This document shows, one piece after another, positions 26,374 through 36,088 of a stretch of 64,000 bases of DNA; positions within the stretch are counted from its first letter, which is position 1, and every line of letters begins with the position of its first letter. Where the stretch lies: the IMG/VR virus record IMGVR_UViG_3300032240_001991, positions 62,001 through 126,000 of that record. The stretch is one strand, 5' to 3'. Position numbers and translations under genes: made by a program. The notes below the pieces were generated by a model. The model worked only from the letters and a program-made list of their open reading frames with translations, did not search any database and was not told where the DNA came from.

Positions 26374-26709
26374 ATGAAAAAGTTACTTTTAATTGTTGCA
26401 TTGTTAATTCCTTTTACTTCTGCTTATGCAGATCATGAGCGTCGTGAATATCGTGAACACAGAGAATGGCACGAACAAGGAAACCATTTTGGTTGGGGCG
26501 AATTTGTTGGAGGTCTTATCCTTGGCGGAATTATTGCCCATGAAGTTAATGGTCGTTACTATGACACTGACGAACATGAAGTCCGTCGCATAACCACCTG
26601 TTATGAGTACCCAGTAGTAGATCAATACGGACATTATGTGTATGATGATTGGGGTCACTTAATGACCGAGCGTCGTTGTCGCGACGAATGGGTCAGGGTT
26701 AGACGTTGA
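26374..26709 (+). CDS. Secreted/periplasmic protein with a Gly-zipper segment
   Basis: Signal peptide MKKLLLIVALLIPFTSAYA; GWGEFVGGLILGGIIA. Confidence 0.7.
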   Translation: MKKLLLIVALLIPFTSAYADHERREYREHREWHEQGNHFGWGEFVGGLILGGIIAHEVNGRYYDTDEHEVRRITTCYEYPVVDQYGHYVYDDWGHLMTERRCRDEWVRVRR

Positions 26710-27035
26710 TCTTAGTTACTCAAAATGCCGCTGATTATATCCAAAAAATCCTCAAAGAGGAAGGCGATAATTTAGTATTAAGAATTAGCGTTAAGGGCGG
26801 TGGCTGTTCTGGATTTAAGTACGATTTTTCTTTGGTAGACCCTACTTGGATAAATTTGGAAGAATATGTTCTTGTAGAGTCTGCCGGAGTGAAAGTAATA
26901 TTAGACACAATAAGTGGACAATACCTAGAAGGTTCTACTTTAGATTTTAAGAAGCGTTTGTTCAGCAGTGAATTTGTTTTATATAATCCCAAAGCACGCA
27001 ATACCTGCGGATGCGGCAATAGTTTTTCAGCATGA
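26706..27035 (+). CDS. iscA: IscA/HesB A-type Fe-S cluster carrier
   Basis: LRISVKGGGCSGFKY, LEGSTLDF, NPKARNTCGCGNSF. Confidence 0.93.
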   Translation: MILVTQNAADYIQKILKEEGDNLVLRISVKGGGCSGFKYDFSLVDPTWINLEEYVLVESAGVKVILDTISGQYLEGSTLDFKKRLFSSEFVLYNPKARNTCGCGNSFSA

Positions 27036-27277
27036 AAAAATATCGTAGGATAGCGTCTTGGACTTTGCGTATACGTCCTAAGGAAGAATATCGTTTTGAT
27101 GAATTGGGAGAAGTAATACTAGCTCCTGATATAGGTTCTCCCTTTTTGCATTGGTACACTCCTAATAATAAACTATCCGCTACTACTACACTAGACGAAC
27201 ACATGGTAGTATCTACTCCGGTCCGTATAGTAAATGGGTCTGACGATTTTATCTTAGTAAATGTTATTGAAATCTAA
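27032..27277 (+). CDS. Hypothetical protein
   Basis: 4-bp overlap with iscA. Confidence 0.55.
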   Translation: MKKYRRIASWTLRIRPKEEYRFDELGEVILAPDIGSPFLHWYTPNNKLSATTTLDEHMVVSTPVRIVNGSDDFILVNVIEI

Positions 27278-27282
27278 CATGG

Positions 27283-27311
27283 TTGACATTACTGGTAAAA
27301 TCTCTTATACT
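27283..27311 (+). promoter_or_regulatory. Early promoter with GGTAAAA box upstream of the DNA ligase gene
   Basis: TTGACA-ttactGGTAAAAtctct(17)-TATACT. Confidence 0.85.
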
Positions 27312-27342
27312 CTTAACTCATTAAACAAACACAGAGAGATCT

Positions 27343-28644
27343 ATGTATCAAATTATTCGTGAACTTGAAGCAGATAATAGCCGTTTGGCTAAAGAAGCTA
27401 TCATTAAGCGTGAAGCTGACGCGGGCAACGAAGAATTCTTTGAAGGTTGTCGCTTGGCTTTAGATAATTTAGTTAGTTTTGGGGTCAAGCAGGTTCCTAA
27501 ACATAGTGGCCCAGATGGGCAAGGTCTGCCGTGGGCAGCATTTGTTCAGTTGGCCGGTAGCCTGTATCGTCGCGAACTAACTGGGCATGATGCTCGAGAT
27601 GCAATTGAACTTGCACTCACTGTCAGTACACAGGCACAATGGAATGATTGGTACCGTCGCATCCTTATTAAGGACTTGCGTTGCGGTGTTAGTGAGAAGA
27701 CTATTAACAAATGTGTTAAGGATACTTCAATTAAACCTGTTCCTGTTTTTGAGTGTATGCTAGCACATGATGGTGCTAATCACGAAAAGAAGATTGCGGG
27801 TAAGAAGCTGCTGGAACCTAAGCTTGATGGCGTGCGTGTTCTTACGGTCGTTAACATGGATAACCGTACTGTAACACAATATACTAGAAACGGCAAAGTG
27901 CTAGAAAACTTTGGACACATTACCAAAGCAATTGAAGAAAATATTGATCTTTTTGGTCGTAGCCTCGTGCTTGACGGAGAGATGATCAGTACCAGCTTCC
28001 AAGCTCTTATGAAGCAGGTACATCGCAAAGACAATGTCAAAGCAGACGATGCTGTGTTGATGCTATTTGACATCTTGCCACTCACTGAGTTTCAGGCAGG
28101 CAAGAGTGTACTTGGACAACGCCGCCGCAGTAATCTGTTGAAGAGTTTTAAGCCAGTGTTTGATAAAATTGGTAACATTGGAGTCATCACGCAAACAGAG
28201 GTTGATCTCAACGAATTTGCAGGTGACCTGCTGTTTAAAGAATTTAACAAGAAGGCAATTGAAGATGGCTTTGAGGGCATCATGATCAAAGATTCAGAAG
28301 CCAAGTATGAATGCAAACGTTCAACGTCTTGGCTCAAGCAGAAACCATTTATTGAAGTTAGCCTTACAGTAGTTGATATTGAAGAAGGCACTGGGCGTAA
28401 CGAAGGTAAATTAGGCGCACTGGTCTGCGAAGGTGAAGATGATGGCAAGAATATTAAGGTCAATGTTGGGTCTGGATTCACTGACGATGATCGTGCAGGC
28501 TTTTGGCCAGAACGTGATTTTATGAAAGGTCAGGTAGTTGAAGTTCGCGCTGATGCTATTACCCAAAACCAAGACGGCACTTATAGTCTACGCTTCCCGC
28601 GCTTTCTGCGTTTCCGTGGATTTGCTGTAGGAGAAAAAATCTAA
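27343..28644 (+). CDS. ATP-dependent DNA ligase
   Basis: Motif I EPKLDGVR, III LDGEM, IIIa LFDI, IV EGIMIK, V WLKQK, VI SLRFPRFLRFR. Confidence 0.95.
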   Translation: MYQIIRELEADNSRLAKEAIIKREADAGNEEFFEGCRLALDNLVSFGVKQVPKHSGPDGQGLPWAAFVQLAGSLYRRELTGHDARDAIELALTVSTQAQWNDWYRRILIKDLRCGVSEKTINKCVKDTSIKPVPVFECMLAHDGANHEKKIAGKKLLEPKLDGVRVLTVVNMDNRTVTQYTRNGKVLENFGHITKAIEENIDLFGRSLVLDGEMISTSFQALMKQVHRKDNVKADDAVLMLFDILPLTEFQAGKSVLGQRRRSNLLKSFKPVFDKIGNIGVITQTEVDLNEFAGDLLFKEFNKKAIEDGFEGIMIKDSEAKYECKRSTSWLKQKPFIEVSLTVVDIEEGTGRNEGKLGALVCEGEDDGKNIKVNVGSGFTDDDRAGFWPERDFMKGQVVEVRADAITQNQDGTYSLRFPRFLRFRGFAVGEKI

Positions 28645-28868
28645 TGGACAAATGCCCTCAAGTAGAAATTATGGAGCTTAAAGAAAAGCTTGACGAATTT
28701 CATGCACACGAAGCACTAGATCGTGTGCATATAGTAATGATAATGATTGACGAAATTTTATCAAAACATCCTTATATTGAAGAAGATAAGGATATTAAAC
28801 AGGCTATTGAAGATGCTGCCGATCATCTTGCAAAAGCGTATCAGCTTATCGGTCAAAAACATTTATAG
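28644..28868 (+). CDS. Hypothetical protein
   Basis: 1-bp overlap with the ligase gene; DEFHAHEALDR motif. Confidence 0.7.
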   Translation: MDKCPQVEIMELKEKLDEFHAHEALDRVHIVMIMIDEILSKHPYIEEDKDIKQAIEDAADHLAKAYQLIGQKHL

Positions 28869-28883
28869 GAGTTTAAGACGACA

Positions 28884-29102
28884 GTGGCGAAAGAAGAAGC
28901 GATTCAGTTAGAAGGTTTTGTTGAAGAAGTATTACCCAACGCAATGTTTCGGATAAAGATCAACGAGAAACACCAAGTTATTGCAGTCATCTCTGGAAAG
29001 ATGCGGCAACACAAGATTCAGATCCTTACTGGTGATAAAGTCAAAGTAGAAGTTAGCCCTTACGATCTTAGCAAGGGCCGTGTTACTTATCGCGAAAAAT
29101 AA
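28884..29102 (+). CDS. infA: Translation initiation factor IF-1
   Basis: [24 protein letters not shown]...[31 protein letters not shown]; AGGAG RBS. Confidence 0.97.
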   Translation: MAKEEAIQLEGFVEEVLPNAMFRIKINEKHQVIAVISGKMRQHKIQILTGDKVKVEVSPYDLSKGRVTYREK

Positions 29103-29110
29103 TATGTACT

Positions 29111-29632
29111 TTAGGGTTCTAAACCCAAATAACTAAGCCAACTGTGGTGCACATTATCAAACGGTAGACGCTTGCGATGTTCAACTAACTGAAAGTAGCT
29201 GGGCTTTGCAGGCGCCTTCTTAGGACGAATACGGTGATTGTTACCCTTTCGTGCATTGCATCCTGCGCAAGCACAGACAGTATTTTCGTAAGTAGACCTT
29301 CCGCCGTGACTAATTGGCAGTACGTGATCTAGAGTAGCAGTTTTATCTGTTACTTTAATACCGCAGTACTGACAAAGATAGTTGTCACGAATGAACACAT
29401 TCTTTTTACTGTAACGAGCATAACTCTTTTTCTTTTCAAAAGTCTTAAGAATCATTACAGAAGGCACACGAGTTTGCCAGTTAGCAGAGTGCACAACCCA
29501 GTCTTCGTGCCATTCCAATACAGTAGCCTTATCTAAAACCATATAGATAACGCTCTCTTTCCAGGAAAGAGTTGAAAGAGGAAGCATTGAAACTGGATTG
29601 CCGTCTGCGTTTAGTAGAAGTGTAGCTGACAT
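29111..29632 (-). CDS. HNH endonuclease
   Basis: RDNYLCQYCG, TLDHVLP.SHGG.STYEN.VCAC..CNARKGN; TAAATA upstream. Confidence 0.92.
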   Translation of the reverse strand: MSATLLLNADGNPVSMLPLSTLSWKESVIYMVLDKATVLEWHEDWVVHSANWQTRVPSVMILKTFEKKKSYARYSKKNVFIRDNYLCQYCGIKVTDKTATLDHVLPISHGGRSTYENTVCACAGCNARKGNNHRIRPKKAPAKPSYFQLVEHRKRLPFDNVHHSWLSYLGLEP

Positions 29633-29758
29633 ATATTACATTACTCGTATTTATCGTAACTAATAAACCGTAATTTTAACTGGTTTTACTCTTTTTAGCA
29701 ACAAATTTTTTTACCAAACAGTTGAATAAATATCTGTTATAAGCTAGGATTCAAATTA

Positions 29759-32725
29759 ATGACCATACTCTATATCAATACGGGGACATCAGCGAACGCA
29801 GGAAACGGTGATGTTTTAAGAACGGCATTTTGGAAAGTAAATCTTAATTTTTCTGAAATTCAATCAATTCTTAACGGCGGTGGTGGAAATGGCAGCATTA
29901 TACAGAGTTCTACTCCTCCGGTTACAACATCAACTAGTACACTTTGGTATGATACAGTAGGTGGTCGTAGCTATGTTTACTACGATCAAACTTGGGTAGA
30001 TGCGAGTCCTACTGCCGATCCTGTAGATTTATCAGCCGTACACACTGATATAGTTCCTATTACAGATAACACTTATAGCTTAGGATCGCCTTCTAATCAG
30101 TGGAAGCACATATTTGTATCTACCGGGTCAATTTACTTAGGTGATGTTAAACTGAGTACAGACAATGGACAGTTACAGATACAAACTGTAAATTATTCTT
30201 ATAATACAAGTACCGGTCAAATTACAACAGAAACAGTGACCTCTGCATATGCAGCACCAACAACAGTACCAAGTTTTACAGTAACAGATACTCTGCAAGT
30301 AGGCACTATTGTATTTTCTTCCGACGGTAGTTCTCAAACTACGGCAGGAGGTGCAGGAACGCTATCTATCAAACCAGATATAGTTAGTTACGGTGTTGGT
30401 ACATATTATAGCCCATCCAACCTAGGATTTACGGTAGTTAATAATCTTAATGAAGATGACATGGTACATACAATTTCACTGCCGTTTACTATGAACTTTC
30501 TTGGTAATACCTGTACCGAAGTAAAGTTAGTATCTAACAGTTATATTACATTTGGACCTACTGTTATAGAACCTTATTATTTTACACTAGGTCCAGGTAA
30601 ACCCAACGTTCCTGCAATATTTGTAGGCGCACGTGATAATAGCTTACAAAAATACTATTACGGTACAGCAACTGGTACTAACGTATTTGTTATAGGCTAT
30701 GCAGGAAGTGCAGACACTGGAGGTAGCACAACTACCCAAACTGTTTTATGGGAAGCACAATTTTCATATGTTGACGGAGTTGCTGATACCGTTTCAATTA
30801 CTATGGGAGACACTAGCCCAAATTTCCCCGGTGGTGTATGGGGCGTAAGCAACGGAGCTGAATGGGTAGATATGATTAATCCTCTACCTTGGTACGGTGT
30901 TGTAGGAGGAGAAGGAGATTTCTACCGTACTGCAACAGTTAGTCCGGGTGCAAATATTAACAACGGTACTGTTGCGTTTACTGGTCCGGGTGTAAACATT
31001 ATTAATAGCAGTAGTGTTACCTATATCAATATTAATCCTTTTGACAATATAATTTCTTTAGGCCTAGATAACGACAACAGCCAAAGTGTTATTAGTAGTG
31101 TATATTACGGATTGAAGCTCACTACAGCAGAGGAAGGCAACGCCATAGATATTTCTCCTCTGGGGAATTTAAATCTACATGCAGGTAATAAATCTTTAAA
31201 CCAACCAGGTAACGGCTTTAATACAAACATCAATGGCGGCGATGGTGTTGCATCTGATACAACTGACTATAACGGGGGTAGTGTATACCTTCGTGGCGGT
31301 AATGCTGCCAACGCAGGAACTCCGGGCTCAGTAGTAGTAACATCTAATAGCAAGAATTGGGAATTTCACCCTTCGGGAAGTTTACATCTTTCTACTTCAA
31401 CATTTACAGGCGCACAAGAGTCTGATACATTTGTTGTGCCTACATTAGCACTAGGAACCAACGACAAGAGTGTTGGCATTACTAATGCAGTATCTACAAA
31501 TGCTAATCGCGGCGGCTATGCTATAGTGATCCAAGGGCAGCGCGGCTTTGGAGACTGGGGCACTACAGGGTGGGGCGGCGACGGATCAAGCATTTTAATC
31601 AATGCAGGTGTAGGCGGAGAGTCGTCTACCAATGATCAAGGCGGTGAAGGTGGTAATATTGAAATCCATGGTGGAGTAGGACAAAATGGACGAGATGGCG
31701 GTGACCTTAATCTAATTGCTGGCAATGCTAGATGGAGTGGCGGAACTAACAATGTAACTGGTGGACATGTATGGCTCACTGCAGGTAGCGCATTGTCAGG
31801 AGAAGGTGTAGCTGCAAATAAAGGTTATGGTGGAGATATTCGCATATATGCGGGTATTGGTAATACAGTTAGCGGAAACATTAACTTCTATACCAGCAAC
31901 AATAACAGTTCACCGAATCTTCAATGGGCACTAACTAGCAATGGCAGTACAGTATATCCAAGTGGATTAGCCGTAGTACCTATTTCAGTATTTTATCCAG
32001 GAGCACCATTTAGCGGCACTATAGTTTCTCAAACTACTGGATCAATGTTGCAGATAGTAGCACAAGGTACCGATGGTTCAGCAGCAATTGGTTGGGCAGA
32101 AAACCCTAGCTTAGGGGGAAAAGTAGCAGCTATTAACTTTAACAGTGTTGCTAATAGTGTTAATGTTACTGCAGGTTCGTATACCGGTACGTTATATTAT
32201 TGGACGTTCCAAGATAACGGCATAACTGCTATTCCGGGAGAAATTAGTTCTGCCGCTGGTACTGGTAATGTTGTAATTAATGCTAGCAACGGTACAACAA
32301 GCACGTGGACATTTGGCGGAGACGGCAATTTAACATTACCTATAGGCGGTGGTATTAAGTCAACAACTAATCATTATTCCAGCACCGCTAGTGGAACAAT
32401 AATCAACGCTACTGTGATTAGTACTGGTAGTTCAAAAGTATTCTTAGAACCCGGATCCGGTATAAGTGCTTCTTATCAAATAGGCGATGGTCTCTACGAC
32501 GGACAAGAAATAAAGTTTTACCCGTCATTAGTAGCTGGAATATCACAGTTTGATGTACAGAGCATTTACGTTTTTGTATCTAAGATATATAACATAGGCA
32601 CAACAAGTACCTCTCTACCTTGGTATCCATTTGGCACCTATTTTAACGGCGCAACAACAACTCCGTCTCTTACATGGGATGGAGTAAATCAGTGCTGGAT
32701 ATTAAATCCGTGGAACTGGGATTAA
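29759..32725 (+). CDS. Large tail-fibre/virion structural protein
   Basis: INTGTSANAGNGDVLRTAF.KVN.NF baseplate/fibre N-terminus; TYSLGSP..QWK; G/T/N-rich repeats; TAAATA upstream. Confidence 0.8.
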   Translation: MTILYINTGTSANAGNGDVLRTAFWKVNLNFSEIQSILNGGGGNGSIIQSSTPPVTTSTSTLWYDTVGGRSYVYYDQTWVDASPTADPVDLSAVHTDIVPITDNTYSLGSPSNQWKHIFVSTGSIYLGDVKLSTDNGQLQIQTVNYSYNTSTGQITTETVTSAYAAPTTVPSFTVTDTLQVGTIVFSSDGSSQTTAGGAGTLSIKPDIVSYGVGTYYSPSNLGFTVVNNLNEDDMVHTISLPFTMNFLGNTCTEVKLVSNSYITFGPTVIEPYYFTLGPGKPNVPAIFVGARDNSLQKYYYGTATGTNVFVIGYAGSADTGGSTTTQTVLWEAQFSYVDGVADTVSITMGDTSPNFPGGVWGVSNGAEWVDMINPLPWYGVVGGEGDFYRTATVSPGANINNGTVAFTGPGVNIINSSSVTYININPFDNIISLGLDNDNSQSVISSVYYGLKLTTAEEGNAIDISPLGNLNLHAGNKSLNQPGNGFNTNINGGDGVASDTTDYNGGSVYLRGGNAANAGTPGSVVVTSNSKNWEFHPSGSLHLSTSTFTGAQESDTFVVPTLALGTNDKSVGITNAVSTNANRGGYAIVIQGQRGFGDWGTTGWGGDGSSILINAGVGGESSTNDQGGEGGNIEIHGGVGQNGRDGGDLNLIAGNARWSGGTNNVTGGHVWLTAGSALSGEGVAANKGYGGDIRIYAGIGNTVSGNINFYTSNNNSSPNLQWALTSNGSTVYPSGLAVVPISVFYPGAPFSGTIVSQTTGSMLQIVAQGTDGSAAIGWAENPSLGGKVAAINFNSVANSVNVTAGSYTGTLYYWTFQDNGITAIPGEISSAAGTGNVVINASNGTTSTWTFGGDGNLTLPIGGGIKSTTNHYSSTASGTIINATVISTGSSKVFLEPGSGISASYQIGDGLYDGQEIKFYPSLVAGISQFDVQSIYVFVSKIYNIGTTSTSLPWYPFGTYFNGATTTPSLTWDGVNQCWILNPWNWD

Positions 32726-32728
32726 TCT

Positions 32729-33475
32729 ATGCTAACAGTTAATCCGGGTGTAATAATTAACCCAGGTGTAACCTTAACTGCACCCAAGATCCTTCCTCCT
32801 GTCTCTGCTGGGTTACAATTATATTTAGATGCTGGCAACGTTTCAAGTTATCCAGGATCAGGAACAACATGGACTGATTTAATTAATAGCAAAGAGTTTA
32901 CACTTTATAACGGTACTAGCTATAGTAGCAATAACGGCGGATATATAGAGTTTGATCCAGCTAGCGAACAGTATGCTGAAGCTACTAGTCTCGCAACCGG
33001 ATTAGCTAATTGGACTGTTGAAGCCTGGCACTACTATGCAGGAACAAATAATAATACTACTGATGGCGGAAATAGTGCCTGTATTGTTACAGAAATCTTT
33101 GCAGGTAGTCCAATTAATTTTACATTAGGAAATTGTACAGATAGTTTCCCTAATTTACAAGTAGGGCATTGGGACGGCAGTAGTTTCTACCCAACTCCGC
33201 CAGGACATGTCCTTACAGCAGGTCATTGGTATCATCTAGTAGGAACATTTGACGGAACAGCGCATAGATTATATATCAACGGCGCTCAAGTGGCCAGTAC
33301 AGAAACAACTGCTCCTGCTTATAGTAGTGGTGTTGGTATTAGATTAATGCGTCGATGGGATGCTCGTAACTACTGGGGTGGTAGATTGTCGATAGTGCGT
33401 ATATATGACGCAAGCATTGGAGACGTAGGTGTATTGCAAAACTACAAAGCAGACCGCGAACGGTTTGGTTTATAA
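32729..33475 (+). CDS. LamG/concanavalin-like virion protein
   Basis: LYLDAGN.SSYPGSGTTWTDL, WTVEAW, WYHLVGTFDG...LYING, VRIYD. Confidence 0.85.
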   Translation: MLTVNPGVIINPGVTLTAPKILPPVSAGLQLYLDAGNVSSYPGSGTTWTDLINSKEFTLYNGTSYSSNNGGYIEFDPASEQYAEATSLATGLANWTVEAWHYYAGTNNNTTDGGNSACIVTEIFAGSPINFTLGNCTDSFPNLQVGHWDGSSFYPTPPGHVLTAGHWYHLVGTFDGTAHRLYINGAQVASTETTAPAYSSGVGIRLMRRWDARNYWGGRLSIVRIYDASIGDVGVLQNYKADRERFGL

Positions 33476-34063
33476 TCTAATACCTTCCGCAGCTAGCTGT
33501 TGACAGGTTTTACATTTGCCGCATGGCTGTATACTATTTTCACCGTATACTGGCGTACGACAGCTCCAAAACATATTTCTAAGTGACTCCGGCAACCCGT
33601 CATATATCTCACGCTTGCTCATATTGAGCACAGGATAGATTTTGGTTACCACAGTAAATGCCGCCAGTATCTTATCAGCTCGTACACGACGTTCATTTAA
33701 ACTGTGATTAGCGTCATTGGCATTCATACCCATAGCAACATGTTTGATATTAGGATTCACGCTACAGATATAGCCAGCAAAGAAGTTCATGCTGTCAGTA
33801 TCATACATGAACTGTTTATTATAAGGTTGTGATGCTATTTGACTTTCGCTGTATATAAAACTATAACCTAATTGTTCTAGCTCTTTAAGAGCAAGCTCTA
33901 CTGCAATGGCTTCTGCACGGTCTCTATGCTCAATATTTTGATTATGCACATGATGTACGTGAATTACATAATCTTTATATTCAGGTGCAGTTAATAATTT
34001 GTATACCATGCCTAGGCTATCAAGACCGCCCGAGTACATAGCTAGTATTTGTGGTTGTTCCAT
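33470..34063 (-). CDS. QueC-like PP-loop ATPase (start refined to MEQPQ)
   Basis: MYSGGLDS PP-loop; SC...PCGKCKTC Zn-binding tail. Confidence 0.7.
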   Translation of the reverse strand: MEQPQILAMYSGGLDSLGMVYKLLTAPEYKDYVIHVHHVHNQNIEHRDRAEAIAVELALKELEQLGYSFIYSESQIASQPYNKQFMYDTDSMNFFAGYICSVNPNIKHVAMGMNANDANHSLNERRVRADKILAAFTVVTKIYPVLNMSKREIYDGLPESLRNMFWSCRTPVYGENSIQPCGKCKTCQQLAAEGIRL

Positions 34064-34509
34064 ATGTAAAATGAATAGACGTCGTTGACCTCTATCTCCT
34101 GTGGTTGTGGCGTAAGTTCGTGTGCGCGAGGAAAATATACAGCATATTTGGCTGGCCAACTGGCTCTTAGAAATGTACGGGCTACAAAGCGATCACAGTG
34201 TGCTAACACTATTGGCAACAATCGAGCAGTAAACTCTGCCCCAAATGCTAGTCCTCCGTCAATGATAATAGTATCAAAGTGTTCGTTGATTTCAAACCAA
34301 TCTTTATTTTTAAGCTTTTCGTTAGCGTATTTGGGCTCTAAATCCCACGCTTCAGTAGCTAGCGGCAATAATAACTGTGTACTACCTAAAAGTAATACAC
34401 GACCATAGGCGTACTGTTCAAACACCTTATAATCTTTGTCGTTAGGCGAAGCTGGCCACTTCAAGTTAGTCCAGTATTCATTATCTGCGTGTATTTTATG
34501 GTCAAGCAC
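34042..34509 (-). CDS. Hypothetical, methyltransferase-like Rossmann fragment (GTG start inferred)
   Basis: VLLLGST...DWF...FDTIIIDGG; TAAATA 8 nt before GTG 34509. Confidence 0.5.
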   Translation of the reverse strand: MLDHKIHADNEYWTNLKWPASPNDKDYKVFEQYAYGRVLLLGSTQLLLPLATEAWDLEPKYANEKLKNKDWFEINEHFDTIIIDGGLAFGAEFTARLLPIVLAHCDRFVARTFLRASWPAKYAVYFPRAHELTPQPQEIEVNDVYSFYIWNNHKY

Positions 34510-34573
34510 AAGACTGTTATTTATGGATGACAAACGGTAAATATTAGATAAAATTGTCACACGAGAAAGAACT

Positions 34574-36085
34574 ATGCCCTTAAATTTTCCTCCTAACCCT
34601 TCTACTGGTACACAATATGCTTCTACTAGTGGCATAACTTACATCTACGACGGTGCTAAGTGGATTGGGCATGCGTCAACGCTGTTGCCAGGCACTAACG
34701 CAATTACCAATGTTGGATACGTAGTACAGGTTACTAACACGGGTAGTGTAATGGTTCCGGTAGGTGCACAAATTATAGACGAAAATGGTGATCCTGTTTA
34801 TGGTCCAAGGGGCTACACTGGTAGCCAAAGTAACTCTCTTAACGGAAGGCCTTTTGTTGTTCTAAATACTTCAACAGGAGTTCTTTTAAATTCAATTACT
34901 AGTGCCACAATACACGACTTTTACCAAATTGACTCTATACACTTTAGCGATGGAACTGTTCAAACTAGAGCAGCAAGAACTGATCAAGACTTATACACTA
35001 CTAGCACCGTAACATTTGCAACTGTTACTGCAAATAAATTTATTGCAGCAGAAGGTGCTACTGGCACACCGCCAATTGGTTATACATTCTACGGTGATCC
35101 AACTACCGGTATGTACTCTCCTTCGCAGGACATTGTTGAGTTTGCAGTATGGGGTAACAAGATATTAGGATTAGCAGGATTTTATGAACTGTCCGGATGG
35201 ACACCAATTATCACTGCATATTCTCCTTTAATTCCTGCATTAGATACTACTTACGATATAGGTGCAGCTGGGCTAAGATGGGCCAACTTATACGCAAAGA
35301 AATTAGTTATTGGCGATTCGTTAACATCTGCCACTATACTTACAGTTAATACACTTACTAATCATTTTACAGTTAGTCAACTAAATGCTGTAGAATTAAC
35401 TGCAGGAAGCAGTAACTGGACATTTAATAGCGACGGATTATTAACTTTACCAAATGGTGCAAAAATAGGTTCTGGAGATTCTTACAAATTTGCTACAGAT
35501 AACACGGTTGTTGCCAACATTGATTTACGTAATACCAGCGGAGCAGGATTTTACACTGATGGAAATGGTTTCACATTAAGATCAAACGGTAGCTATAATT
35601 GGATTTTTAGAACAAACGGTGGGTTAACGTTCCCAGACGGTACTACTCAAACAACAGCATTTGTTGTAGCAACTCTTACTAATGTAACTTATGTAGATAT
35701 TACATCAACCGGTGCTTTAACTGTTAATCAAACTAAAGAAACATATACATCTCTTACAGGTGCAACAGGAGTTGTTACTCATAACTGTAATTTAGGACAG
35801 ATTTTTTATCACACCAATGTTGCTAACACTTTTACTGTAAACTTAACTAACCTAAGTTTATCAAATAATCGTGCAACTAACATTACATTAGTAATTAATC
35901 AAGGTGCAGTTGCTTACATAGCAAGTGCTCTACAAATTAACGGAAATCCGCAAAATATTTTATGGCAAGGAAGCTTAACTCCACCTTCAGGAAATCTTCT
36001 TAAAACTGATGTAATGAGCTTTAGCATTATGTCTACTGGAACTAATGCTTATATTGTATTTGGTCAACTAGTTTCTTACGGATAA
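34574..36085 (+). CDS. Tail-fibre-like virion protein
   Basis: Shares the MPLNFPPNPSTG..Y...YIYDG.KW N-terminus with 18430-20391; FSDGTVQT/FPDGTTQTTA repeats. Confidence 0.8.
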   Translation: MPLNFPPNPSTGTQYASTSGITYIYDGAKWIGHASTLLPGTNAITNVGYVVQVTNTGSVMVPVGAQIIDENGDPVYGPRGYTGSQSNSLNGRPFVVLNTSTGVLLNSITSATIHDFYQIDSIHFSDGTVQTRAARTDQDLYTTSTVTFATVTANKFIAAEGATGTPPIGYTFYGDPTTGMYSPSQDIVEFAVWGNKILGLAGFYELSGWTPIITAYSPLIPALDTTYDIGAAGLRWANLYAKKLVIGDSLTSATILTVNTLTNHFTVSQLNAVELTAGSSNWTFNSDGLLTLPNGAKIGSGDSYKFATDNTVVANIDLRNTSGAGFYTDGNGFTLRSNGSYNWIFRTNGGLTFPDGTTQTTAFVVATLTNVTYVDITSTGALTVNQTKETYTSLTGATGVVTHNCNLGQIFYHTNVANTFTVNLTNLSLSNNRATNITLVINQGAVAYIASALQINGNPQNILWQGSLTPPSGNLLKTDVMSFSIMSTGTNAYIVFGQLVSYG

Positions 36086-36088
36086 TAT

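Noticed and set aside
29111-29632. HNH gene as a mobile homing element or intron ORF
   Set aside because: Free-standing, with its own late promoter and no flanking intron structure or split gene; mobility is not supported by the sequence
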